Positions 42,765 to 52,074 of a stretch of 64,000 nt of DNA are shown here, piece by piece. Position 1 is the stretch's first letter. Each line of letters opens with the position of its first letter. Position numbers and translations under genes: made by a program. The notes beneath the pieces were generated by a model. It made no database searches. It was not told where the DNA came from and worked only from the letters and a program-made list of their open reading frames with translations. The stretch covers positions 2,331,141-2,395,140 of the forward strand of contig OX638324.1 of the NCBI GenBank assembly GCA_951812825.1, read 5' to 3'. This DNA comes from an uncultured Dehalococcoidia bacterium (lineage in GTDB: Bacteria; Chloroflexota; Dehalococcoidia; Lucifugimonadales; GCA-2712585).

Positions 42765-44198
42765 ATGGTGACTGGGTCGGGGAGCTACGACGCGGTTGTG
42801 GTTGGCGCGGGGCCTAATGGGCTGTCGGCGGCGATAGCCGTGGCTGAGAGAGGATATTCGGTCCTGGTGTTGGAAGGGGAAGAGACGGTTGGGGGAGGCG
42901 GCCGGTCTGCGGCTCTGACGCTGCCCGGCTTTCTGCACGACGTATGCTCGGCGGTACATCCTATGGCGGTGAGTTCCCCTTTTCTCTCGGGTCTGCCTCT
43001 GGGTGATTACGGGTTGGAGTGGATTCAGCCTCCCGCGCCGCTGGCTCACCCCCTGGACGATGGAACAGCGGTGGTGCTGGAGCGGTCTGTTGAGGCTACG
43101 GCTAAAGGTCTGGGGACGGACGGCGGGTCTTACCGCAGGCTGTTTGGTCCTATTGCGGCTCACTGGCACAAACTTGTAGCCGATACTGTAGGCCCCTTCC
43201 GTTTGCCACGGCATCCGCTGGTGACGGGGCGATTCGCTTGGAACGCACTGCGTTCGGCGGCGGCTCTGGCCAGCAATCGTTTCAGGGGCGAACGGGCCAG
43301 GGCTTTGTTTGCGGGGATGGCCGCTCATTCGATGCTGCCGCTTGAACGTCGCGTGAGCGCTGCATTCGGTCTGGTACTGGGGGCCAGCGGCCACGCTGTG
43401 GGCTGGCCGATGCCTCGGGGAGGAGCTCAGCGCATCTCGGATGCTTTGGCGTCTCATCTGGTCTCTCTGGGCGGTCGAATTAAAACAGGGGTGAGTGTGA
43501 GTAGCATAGAAGAGTTGCCGGAGTCTAGGGTTGCCCTTCTTGACGTCACACCGAGACAGGTGGTTGAGATTGCCGGAAGTCGTTTGTCCCGCTCCTACAG
43601 GCGAAAGCTGGAGGGATATCGTTACGGACCTGCGGCCTTCAAGATGGATTGGGCGTTGAGTGGCCCGATACCTTGGAGGGCGCGAGAGTGTGAGCGTGCC
43701 GGAACGGTGCACGTGGGGGCCACTCTGCCTGAAATCGCCCATGCCGAGCGGGAGGTGTGGTTGGGGCGCCACCCGGAGCGTCCCTTCGTACTGCTCAGCC
43801 AGCCAAGCCTGTTCGATCAGTCCAGGGCGCCGCAGGGACAGCATACGGCGTGGGCATATTGCCATGTTCCCAACGGTTCAGACTTTGATATGACTGACCG
43901 CATTGAGGCGCAGGTTGAGAGGTTCGCTCCCGGGTTCAAGGAGCTCGTGCTGGCGAGAAGCGTCCGTCCGCCGGGGGCGATGGAGGAGTACAACCCCAAC
44001 TACGTGGGTGGGGACATCAACGGCGGCGTTCAGGACTTGGGACAGCTCTTCTCCCGTCCCACCAGGATGTTCAGTCCCTACACCGTGCCATCCACCAATC
44101 TGTTCATCTGCTCATCGTCGACGCCTCCCGGGGGCGGGGTTCACGGGATGTGCGGGTACTTCGCCGCCAAAGCAGCGCTGCGGCGCCTGAGTCGTTGA
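42765..44198 (+). CDS. Phytoene-desaturase-family FAD/NAD(P)-dependent oxidoreductase
   Basis: The preferred start is ATG 42765. It has the dinucleotide-binding motif YDAVVVGAGPNGLSAAIAVAERGYSVLVLEGEETVGGG. Confidence 0.8.
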   Translation: MVTGSGSYDAVVVGAGPNGLSAAIAVAERGYSVLVLEGEETVGGGGRSAALTLPGFLHDVCSAVHPMAVSSPFLSGLPLGDYGLEWIQPPAPLAHPLDDGTAVVLERSVEATAKGLGTDGGSYRRLFGPIAAHWHKLVADTVGPFRLPRHPLVTGRFAWNALRSAAALASNRFRGERARALFAGMAAHSMLPLERRVSAAFGLVLGASGHAVGWPMPRGGAQRISDALASHLVSLGGRIKTGVSVSSIEELPESRVALLDVTPRQVVEIAGSRLSRSYRRKLEGYRYGPAAFKMDWALSGPIPWRARECERAGTVHVGATLPEIAHAEREVWLGRHPERPFVLLSQPSLFDQSRAPQGQHTAWAYCHVPNGSDFDMTDRIEAQVERFAPGFKELVLARSVRPPGAMEEYNPNYVGGDINGGVQDLGQLFSRPTRMFSPYTVPSTNLFICSSSTPPGGGVHGMCGYFAAKAALRRLSR

Positions 44199-44253
44199 AT
44201 TGGGGTAGGCGGGATGTTCGGGTTGATGAAGGGCAATCTGTTACAATCCTGCC

Positions 44254-44997
44254 ATGCCCAGATTCGGTGTTACTCTCCTTTCGGGTGGACTCGACTCGAC
44301 GACGGTTGCGGCTTACGCAAAAGAACGCGTCGATCACCTGTGGGCGGTCACGTTCCACTATGGTCAGAGCAACGCGAAGGAGGTCGACCACGCGGCAAGA
44401 ATCGCCGGATTGATGGGCATTGAGCACAGGCTTCTCGACATCTCTTTTCTGTCAGAAGTGGCCTGGTACTCCGCTTTGACCAATCCCGATGGTTTTCCGA
44501 CGCCGGCAGGGCGCACCGGCGTGGAGATTGGACACGGCGTACCGATTACGTACGTACCCATGCGCAACTTGATCTTTCTGTCGCTTGCCGCCGCGTATCT
44601 GGAGAGTCAGACGCTACACGCAATCGAGGCTGAAAGCGTTGCCGCATCCGAAGTTGAGGCTGCGGTTTACATTGCACCCAATGCTCTGGACTATAGCGGT
44701 TACCCAGACTGCCGCCCCGAGTTCTACGAGAAGGTGCGGAAGACGATTGAGGCGGGCAGCAAGCTCTTCACCGTTTACGGGGTGTCCATGAAGGTTGAGA
44801 CCCCGATAATTCATCTATCGAAGGCGGAGATAGCGCTGCTTGGAATGAGGTTGGGCGCCCCGTTGGAGCATACGTGGAGCTGTTACAAAGGCGATCCGAT
44901 GCCTTGCGGCCAATGCGATAGTTGCGTATTGCGAGCCAAGGGTTTCGCCGAAGCGGGAGTACCAGATCCGCTTCTGGTCAGCCTCGGCGCAGCCTAA
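44254..44997 (+). CDS. queC: 7-cyano-7-deazaguanine synthase
   Basis: It has the SGGLDSTT PP-loop at the N-terminus and a C-terminal zinc cluster, CYKGDPMPCGQCDSCVLR. Confidence 0.9.
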   Translation: MPRFGVTLLSGGLDSTTVAAYAKERVDHLWAVTFHYGQSNAKEVDHAARIAGLMGIEHRLLDISFLSEVAWYSALTNPDGFPTPAGRTGVEIGHGVPITYVPMRNLIFLSLAAAYLESQTLHAIEAESVAASEVEAAVYIAPNALDYSGYPDCRPEFYEKVRKTIEAGSKLFTVYGVSMKVETPIIHLSKAEIALLGMRLGAPLEHTWSCYKGDPMPCGQCDSCVLRAKGFAEAGVPDPLLVSLGAA

Positions 44998-45173
44998 TCT
45001 GTGAACAAGGATCTCCGTCTGCGGCTACCCGATCTTGATGCGGGTGGTTGGGATGAGCACGGGAGAGACGTACCGGGCGCGGCAAGGTACGACAGGGCTT
45101 TCACAGCATCCACTGGACTGCACGGCAGTGCACCGTCCACATGAATGGCACAATTTCGATAGAATAAGCGCTC

Positions 45174-46625
45174 GTGCTCGCTTCTCGCATATTCGATAGA
45201 CCTGCCTACAAGTGGTGGGTGTTCGCGGCAGTCGCCCTGGGGACGCTGACATCCGTCGTCAACCACGGTGGCATGGCCGTGGCGCTACCCACCATAGCCC
45301 AGCACTTCGACGCTGACCTGTCCACGGCTCAATGGGTGGTCGTCGCCGAGGGGTTGGCTATCAGCGCGTTGATACTCCCGATGGGCAGGCTCTCGGACAT
45401 AATCGGGCGGAAGAGGGTATACATTTCGGGCATGGCAATCTTCGCTGTTGCCGCGATACTGGCGGCGGGGTCGGAAAGCATTCTTGCTCTCATTGGTTTC
45501 AAGGCGGCGCAGGGGCTCGGAGCAGCGATGACGCAGGGCACCGGAATGGCGATGATCACTTCCGTGTTTCCGGCGAAGGAGCGTGGCAAGGGAATCGGCA
45601 CCCACGCCAGCGTTGTGGGGACAGGGGGCGTTCTCGGACCCATAATGGGTGGGTTCCTGATTACCACCTTCGACTGGAGGTGGCTCTTCTACGTGAACGT
45701 AGTCATGGGCATCGTTGCGCTGGTCGCGATGCTGCTGATTGTGAAGGGACAGACATTCAGGCAGGAGGCGGGCAGTCGCAGCTACGACTTACCGGGCGCG
45801 GCCCTGTCCACCGCCATACTGCTGACTTTTCTCCTGGCACTTTCGAACGGCGCAACCTTGGGGTGGAGTTCTCCTCCGATGATTGCGGCAGCGGTGGGCT
45901 TTGTGGTTCTGCTTGCGGCATTCATCTGGTGGGAAGGTCGAACGTCGTCGCCGATGTTGGACCTGGGGCTGTTTAGAAACAGGGTCTTTGGCATTGGCAT
46001 ATCCACAAACTTCGGGTCCTTCCTGGGGATCAGCTCCTCCCGCTATCTGCTGCCGTTCTATTTGCAGGCCGCTCTTGGCTTCACTCCCGCCTTGGTAGGT
46101 GTTGTGCTGCTGCCCAATGCGATTAACAGGATAGTAATGGGGCCACTCAGCGGATGGCTTTCGGACCGGTACGGCTGGAGACCGTTTAACGTGATAGGAC
46201 TGCTTTTGTCCGCCGCCGGACTGTTCACTCTTTCCGCCTTGACGGTATCTTCTCCGATAAGTCTGGTTCTTGTGGGGATTGTGCTCCAAAGCGCCGGCGC
46301 GGGACTGTTCCAGTCGCCAAACGCATCCTCCATATTCAGTGCGGCTGACACCAGCAAGCACGGAGTTGTGGCGGCTTTCGTGAATCTGTCGCGTAATGCG
46401 GGCAACGTGACGGGAATTGCCATTGTGACGTCCATCGTGACGGCGATGATGGCGGGCCAGGGATTCGAGTCCAACATTGGCGCCGTTCTGGATTCTCAGC
46501 CCGGGTCGGGTCTGCTGGGTTCGTTTATGACGGGACTGAAGACAGCGTTTCTAATTATGGGCGTACTGCAGTTGATAGGCGCCGCCGCATCGGTTTTGAA
46601 GAAGGGGTCGGAGCACACAGTTTAG
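45174..46625 (+). CDS. MFS transporter, DHA2 (EmrB/QacA-like, 14-TMS) type
   Basis: 483 aa with 14 hydrophobic segments. It has the MFS motif A-like GRLSDIIGRKRV and the motif C-like GPIMGGFL. Confidence 0.85.
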   Translation: MLASRIFDRPAYKWWVFAAVALGTLTSVVNHGGMAVALPTIAQHFDADLSTAQWVVVAEGLAISALILPMGRLSDIIGRKRVYISGMAIFAVAAILAAGSESILALIGFKAAQGLGAAMTQGTGMAMITSVFPAKERGKGIGTHASVVGTGGVLGPIMGGFLITTFDWRWLFYVNVVMGIVALVAMLLIVKGQTFRQEAGSRSYDLPGAALSTAILLTFLLALSNGATLGWSSPPMIAAAVGFVVLLAAFIWWEGRTSSPMLDLGLFRNRVFGIGISTNFGSFLGISSSRYLLPFYLQAALGFTPALVGVVLLPNAINRIVMGPLSGWLSDRYGWRPFNVIGLLLSAAGLFTLSALTVSSPISLVLVGIVLQSAGAGLFQSPNASSIFSAADTSKHGVVAAFVNLSRNAGNVTGIAIVTSIVTAMMAGQGFESNIGAVLDSQPGSGLLGSFMTGLKTAFLIMGVLQLIGAAASVLKKGSEHTV

Positions 46626-46755
46626 AGCAGGGCTGGCCGGCGAAGGACGGGTAGCGTTCCGGATGGGACCTGGATGGAGAGTTGGGATGCCGATCCAGTG
46701 GTAATATGGCGTCAATGAATCGTGCAGGCGGTCACGTCTGTCAAGGAGGACTATT

Positions 46756-47154
46756 TTGATTGTTCTGATGGTAGCAATGGGGGGTCTATTTGGGGCGGTC
46801 TTGCGTTATTTGGCGGCAACGTGGGTACAGGGTTCCCTCGGCAGCAACGGGTTCCCTTACGGGACGCTTGCAGTGAACATAGTTGGGTGTTTAGTGATTG
46901 GCGTTATTGCGGGATACGCAGAGGTCAGGCGGCCTTTGAGCGCCGAGGCCCAGGCGTTTCTAGTTGTGGGCGTGCTGGGCGGCTTTACCACGTTCTCTGC
47001 CTTTGGAATCGACACCATTAACCTTCTGAGGGGAGGCGACTATCTGGCCGGGGCAGCGAACGTTGCTCTGCAGGTGACTTTCGGTCTGCTGGCGGTGGTC
47101 GTTGGCTTGAGACTGGCGCAGTGGGGCTTCGAAAAGCTGGCGGCGGGCCAATAG
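46756..47154 (+). CDS. crcB: Fluoride ion channel CrcB/FluC
   Basis: 132 aa with GGLFGAVLRY, GTLAVNIVGCLVIG and GGFTTFSAFG. AAGGAGG precedes the TTG start. Confidence 0.9.
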   Translation: MIVLMVAMGGLFGAVLRYLAATWVQGSLGSNGFPYGTLAVNIVGCLVIGVIAGYAEVRRPLSAEAQAFLVVGVLGGFTTFSAFGIDTINLLRGGDYLAGAANVALQVTFGLLAVVVGLRLAQWGFEKLAAGQ

Positions 47155-47197
47155 AGAAGTCCGTCAACGGTATTCTTCACGAACCAGGCCGCTACGG

Positions 47198-48329
47198 ATG
47201 ACGTCGCTGAGTTACGGAAGGTTGGCTCGTACGCAGAAGAAGGGCGCGGGATCAGGGGCTGCCCTGGACCTGAACGGTGACGTCATTCCAACCTGGGAGG
47301 AATTTGGTCCCCGAGGGCGTATTCTCCAGGCTATTGGGGTCAACGGGAAATTCGAAGTTGATCAAGACGGCCTTATTGAGATCGCCAACATTGAGCAGAT
47401 GGCTGCTATGGCACTTGATCTCAGCGGTAACGGGCGTCCAAAGAGTGGAGGAGTCTAGAAGCCATATTATGGGGCCTATCCTGTTGGAGAGGGAGGGGTG
47501 GTATGCAAAATCTACTACGGATATGAACTTGTACGCCCGCTGGATTTCGCAGCCCCAGACAGTTATTCGACGGGCGTAGTCCATGACGAATGGGGAACCG
47601 GCCAGGGTTGGTATCCCGCAACCCTGGGGTCGAATCAATCTCCTACTGTATTCGGAGGCAACGGGCGACGTGTCTGGCACTCTGTAAGTGGGTGAACTGG
47701 TCGGGTGTAATTCGGAGGCTCAGATCACGTCGAATCTTTCCTCTGGAAACGTTACGGGAGTACCCAGGGAAGGGGATCCGGTTGGAGTCAACGCAATCAA
47801 TTCCTGCCCTGCCAAAGTCACGGCCAGTTACGCCACAGGCGACGGAGACATTTGGGACTTCGGGACCGAGGTCCCACACCCGGCGCTGAAGGTTGATCTG
47901 GACGGAGACGGCGTTGCAACGTGGCAGGAAGTCGGCAACCAAGGCAGGGATACTTACTCCGCTTCTGCCGTCCCCGCAACAGGTCCGGCTGCTCCCACTC
48001 CCGTTCCCACTTTGGACGACGGGACCGAAATGGACGCCGACTCCGACGGTCTCATCGAGGTCTCAAGTCTGGGGCAGTTGAATACGGTACGATACGATCT
48101 CGACGGCGACGGAATTCTCGACGACGGCGGGACAGCTATCAATGCTTCAGTCTTCCCATCTCCCCTGCTCATCTTCGAGCGAAGCCTTCCCACGTACCAC
48201 TCTTGTCGAACTCCGAAAAGCAGCCGGGAGAGTTTGCACCGATGGGCTGCGTCTCAATTCCAACCGGCACAGCAACCGGGACTGGCTCTCGCCCACCCAT
48301 CGGTTCACCCCAGCAATTCTGAACTGTAA
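47198..48329 (+). pseudogene. Degraded fragment of a large repetitive surface protein gene (DxDGLIEI...LDGDG / GLUG-like repeat units)
   Basis: Pieces are spread over frames with an in-frame TAG (47456-47458) and at least one frameshift. The pieces are DQDGLIEIANIEQMAAMALDLSGNG, GYELVRPLDF...GQGWYP...FGGNG, ELVGCNSEAQITSN...SYATGDG..WDFGTEVPHPALKVDLDGDGVATWQEVGNQ and DSDGLIEVSSLGQLNTVRYDLDGDG. Confidence 0.5.
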
Positions 48330-48512
48330 ACGCCAATTGGATAGGTTGACTACTACAGCGTCGAGAGTGTACCATGTTCTGCTTAATAAGCGATACTTTA
48401 TATCATTAAAGTGTAAAGGAGGATAGCAATGCGCGCTGACAGAGGAACCAGGATGTGAAGGCCAGGAATCCATTTGCGAATTACATTTGAAAATCAATGC
48501 ACGAGGTGAAAC

Positions 48513-48707
48513 ATGGAGTTCTATAACGTGAAGACCAGGCAAAAGGTGGAAATACCAGACGGCGACCTCAGGAAGAATACCCTGGTGCAGAAGAATGGCA
48601 GACGCACCTATCTTGTTACTGGGGAAGAAAACGGCACCAAACTGGTCAGGTTTGTTAGCAAGCAACAGTACGATGCCTTGCAAGTGCCTGAGATTGAGGG
48701 CTCCTGA
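48513..48707 (+). CDS. Small protein resembling a Cys-less DUF5679 (degenerate zinc-ribbon) domain
   Basis: 64 aa with GAGGTG upstream. EFYNVKTRQKVEIP...LVQKNGRRTYLVTGEENGTKLVRFVS parallels the DUF5679 pattern AYCVKCR.K.E...VT.KNGR....G.CP.CGTK.FRI, but all four Cys are replaced. Confidence 0.5.
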   Translation: MEFYNVKTRQKVEIPDGDLRKNTLVQKNGRRTYLVTGEENGTKLVRFVSKQQYDALQVPEIEGS

Positions 48708-48716
48708 GGGGGCATT

Positions 48717-49229
48717 ATGTGGTGGTTCAAACGAGCGGTACTTCGTAGGACCTTCGCTGAAGCCCAGGCGATGCATCCCTGGTTTCTGAACTACGAGCAG
48801 CTGGAACCAGGGGTCAGGGAGCTGGTGCGGACACTCAACCAGACCGACCTGGTAGAGACTCTCTCCTCCTGTGAAGGTCACCCGGAGTTGGCAGACTGGT
48901 GGGATACCACTGGTGGAACGGCTTACGTCCTGTGCCTGGTGACCAGTCCCAGCCAGTGGAACCAGGTGCTGAATCGACTACGTCAACTGGCCCAGGACTG
49001 GACTGAAGTCCAATTGATAGTACGAGATGACCGGGAGCGGTCGGAGCAGTGGCTGGGGTTTCAAGCCAGCCATGACGAACCGCAAACAGTCCGCAACGCC
49101 CTGGACCGAGCCATTAGCCAGGCTAACGAGTTGATTAGAGAGTACTTGGACCATGATGTTGTTGCTATAACCTCAGCCCGACGTGGGAGAGAGGACTATA
49201 CCCAGCAAACTGGTCCTCACGTTTTCTAG
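48717..49229 (+). CDS. Hypothetical 170-aa protein (LVETLSSCEGHPE motif), middle gene of a tight three-gene cassette
   Basis: It starts 9 nt after the upstream stop and is preceded by GAGGGGG. I recognise no family. Confidence 0.5.
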   Translation: MWWFKRAVLRRTFAEAQAMHPWFLNYEQLEPGVRELVRTLNQTDLVETLSSCEGHPELADWWDTTGGTAYVLCLVTSPSQWNQVLNRLRQLAQDWTEVQLIVRDDRERSEQWLGFQASHDEPQTVRNALDRAISQANELIREYLDHDVVAITSARRGREDYTQQTGPHVF

Positions 49230-49280
49230 AGGATGAATGCGAGGCCAAGGAAAGGCCCAACAGATCGACGGAGGTGTCCC

Positions 49281-49466
49281 ATGGAAGGACTAACTGCCTA
49301 CTGCTTTGCGCTGCGCAGGATGTGCGAGATCCTGGAACCCAGTTTAGTAACCCTGAAGAATGGTCGCAAGGCGGTACGGGGCAAGGCCAAAGATGCTCCC
49401 CAGTACACCATCTTCCGAATTGTGAGTGAATCTGAGGCGAAGCAAGTGGAGTCCAGGTTCAGTTAA
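49281..49466 (+). CDS. Second DUF5679-like small protein, a paralog of 48513-48707
   Basis: MEGLTAYCFALRRMCEILEPSLVTLKNGRKAVRGKAKDAPQYTIFRIVS... GGAGG lies 7 nt upstream of ATG 49281. The ORF track extends to 49233. It shares Y..R..EI, LV..KNGR and (L/I)(V/F)R(F/I)VS with the first copy. Confidence 0.5.
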   Translation: MEGLTAYCFALRRMCEILEPSLVTLKNGRKAVRGKAKDAPQYTIFRIVSESEAKQVESRFS

Positions 49467-49764
49467 CGGAACAGGATTCAGGATTGCGGCTAATCCTGGC
49501 GTATGATCAGGTATTGCATCGCAGAGAACACATCTGCTCCACCCGGATGGTCAGCTGCGCCGGTTGTAGGTCGGCGAGGGACTGAGGCCGGAAAAGCGGC
49601 TACTACCATCTATTGAGAGCGAGCAATCGCCTTGTAGGCACCGAGATTTCTGACGGCCCGGTGGCCTGCGTCACTGAGTAAGATTCCGATGTCAGCGTAC
49701 CCGCAGCGCCTAAAGACGTTGAAGTCATCAGGAAAGAGTTAGCGTCTTTCCTGGCGTTGACGAG

Positions 49765-49956
49765 GTGAACTGGACCGCGGCGGAGGGTGTGACCTGTTAC
49801 CAAGTGTACAGGGCTGGGGAGATGCTGACCGTGTTAAGCGCCCCCCAGGCCGTCAGTTCCTACACGTACCTGGTCCGCTCCTTAGACCTCGCATTCGATA
49901 CCTACTATCAGATCCGCGCGCTCGGCAAGGCTGGCTGCTCTCCGTTATCGCAGTAG
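49765..49956 (+). pseudogene. Isolated C-terminal FN3-like fragment, probably the tail of the degraded surface protein gene
   Basis: VNWTAAEGVTCYQVYRAGE...SSYTY...YYQIRALGKAGCSPLSQ-stop resembles a fibronectin-III-type terminal domain. There is no plausible N-terminal continuation or RBS. Confidence 0.35.
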
Positions 49957-50502
49957 GAAATATCACCGGAAAGTTTACAAAGATGGCCGACGTGTGAGCG
50001 CCGGCTTAACCGACGACTCGAGCCGGGCCCTCGTCCACCTGAAGCGGCGCTGGGGTTAGCCTGCATTGCAAAGGCAACCCTTGGCTTGAAGGCGCTAGAT
50101 CTTATTCAATATGGTGGGCCGGAGGTGACTGTAGGTAGTACCGTCTTTGAGATGCAGATGAAACTCTAAGCCCACAATCACCTCGGTCTCATCAGATAGT
50201 TCGAACGCTATCGGGCGGTCAAGAACATATTGGAGAACTTTAACACGTTTCAGTCCATCGGTTAACCTCATGCATGTTTGCAGTGCGTAACTGAAGCTTC
50301 AACATGTCGGAAATTTTGTCCCTGGTCTTAGTTGAGGCATTTGGCCCTGCGAGGACGCCCAATGCCATCCCCATGTCGTCCTACGTTGACCACCTTACTT
50401 GGCTAACAAGTGGTCAACCAAAGAGCATGTTCCTTCTACGTCAGAATCACGTAGTGCGGACTGGGAACATTAAGGACGGAACTGGTTCGCTGGACAAGAG
50501 CC

Positions 50503-51672
50503 TCAAACGCTGAGCAATTCTCGAGGATAGTCTGTCAGGACCTCGTGACCGTCCCTGGTTACAAGCACCATGTCAACGGTCATCAGCCCTCCGAGATCGG
50601 GGAAATAGAGGGAAGGCTCCACCGATAAGATCATGCCCTCCTCTATAGGTGTATCGTTGTAGATTCGCAGTTCTCCCAGCTCCTCCCGTCCCCAGAAGGG
50701 CCCAAAGAGACCAAAGGAATGGCCCGTTCCAAAACCCTTGAAATCCACGTATCCGGCCTTTTCAAACACCCGGAAGGCAATGCGATCGATTTCGGAACAG
50801 AGAATCCCGGGTCTGATAGAGTCCATCGCGGTAAGGGCCGCCTCCAGCCTTACATCAAATCGTTGCTTTACATCCTCGGGCACGGGGCCAATGATCCGTT
50901 GCCTGTGTAACGTATGATGATATCCCAAGGCATAGTGGTTGGTGCCAAACTGGATTACTTCTCCCTTTACAAGCTTCTTACTGCTGGCCGGAGTATGTCC
51001 CATCAGGCTCCTGCTGCCTGACTTGCAGCGCGCCTGTCCGCTGGCAAATTCGATATCCGGGAACACCCTTACGTGCTCCGCCGCCGCCTTCAGTTCCGCC
51101 GCGATGGCAACATCTACCTCCGTCGCACCTTCGGCAATAGCATCCTCACCAGCCCTCACGGCGACTCTGCATATCTCTGCACCCTTACGCGCCACAGCTA
51201 TCTCTTCCTGGGTCTTGATCAATCGTTGCTTCATCATTGCGACAGATATGTCCTCAAAGGAGGCAGAGGGCAACGATTGCCTTAAACCCTTATAAAGCCC
51301 GAAGGGAATCACATCCTTTTCTATGCCAATCTTGCCTCGAACAAGCCCAAGTTCGTGGCATATTTTTTTCACTTCGTTGATCAATTGGACTGACGTAGAC
51401 TGCTCATCCGAGTATGCTCGTACGTCCTTCACCCACGAGAATGCGCGTGCCCTCCGGCTTTCCATGTTGGGCGCTATCAATATGGGTTCACCCATTTTGG
51501 GAATTACGGCGGCGGCATATCGCCCATAGGGGTATCCGAACCAGAAACCCGTGTAGTAGAAGGATGTGTGGACTGATGTCGCAATCGCGCAATCCATCCC
51601 CCGCTCATCCATCACTTCCTGCAGGTGAGAAACCCTGCTTTGCATTTCCTGGACACTAAACAAGGCAGGCAT
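50503..51672 (-). CDS. M24-family metallopeptidase (Xaa-Pro dipeptidase/creatinase-like)
   Basis: 389 aa. It has an N-terminal creatinase-like domain and a C-terminal pita-bread fold with GTGHSFG and SVEPSLY contexts. Confidence 0.8.
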   Translation of the reverse strand: MPALFSVQEMQSRVSHLQEVMDERGMDCAIATSVHTSFYYTGFWFGYPYGRYAAAVIPKMGEPILIAPNMESRRARAFSWVKDVRAYSDEQSTSVQLINEVKKICHELGLVRGKIGIEKDVIPFGLYKGLRQSLPSASFEDISVAMMKQRLIKTQEEIAVARKGAEICRVAVRAGEDAIAEGATEVDVAIAAELKAAAEHVRVFPDIEFASGQARCKSGSRSLMGHTPASSKKLVKGEVIQFGTNHYALGYHHTLHRQRIIGPVPEDVKQRFDVRLEAALTAMDSIRPGILCSEIDRIAFRVFEKAGYVDFKGFGTGHSFGLFGPFWGREELGELRIYNDTPIEEGMILSVEPSLYFPDLGGLMTVDMVLVTRDGHEVLTDYPRELLSV

Positions 51673-52074
51673 TTCAATTTTCTCCTGTGTCAGTAATAAG
51701 GCTCACCTAGTATTTCAGTTTGACAGGGTCGGCTGAGTTATCATCATTAACCCAACTAAGGAGCAGAATTATTTTACCATTCAGTCATTGGATTTTAGAG
51801 AATTACTGCATGTCGAAGTTACATATATTGGAGATGCCCTGAATAATGCTATAAGATGCCTTAAGAGACTGTATTCCGTATTCCGCAATAGCCTTTTGAT
51901 TTACATAGGGCTATGGAGTAAATAGTCAATTAATTCGTGTGCTATATGCAACTACATCCCAAGACTTGACACTATTTGCGTAATTAAAGTACGCTCCGAC
52001 CCGTAGAACATCATCCACCTTCATTCCGAAGCCTTTGCCACATTGACAAGCTCAGATCAGGAGGACCCCATTCA

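Noticed and set aside
44199-44253. preQ1 riboswitch upstream of queC
   Set aside because: The leader is only about 55 nt and lacks the preQ1-I/II/III consensus features. No A-rich tail pseudoknot context was seen.
46626-46755. Fluoride (crcB-motif) riboswitch upstream of crcB
   Set aside because: The conserved GGnGAUGG ... CUGAUGAUnCCUAC elements are not present in the 130-nt leader.
50095-50271. 58-codon minus-strand ORF (MRLTDGLKRVKVLQYVLDRPIAFELSDETEVIVGLEFHLHLKDGTTY...) in the low-GC islet
   Set aside because: It has no Shine-Dalgarno sequence and no recognisable family, and it is below any confident length threshold. It is mentioned only because it lies in the accessory islet.
50304-50513. 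69-aa plus-strand ORF at the end of the islet
   Set aside because: It has no RBS and no similarity, and it runs into the 3' end of the convergent M24 peptidase gene. It is probably non-coding.
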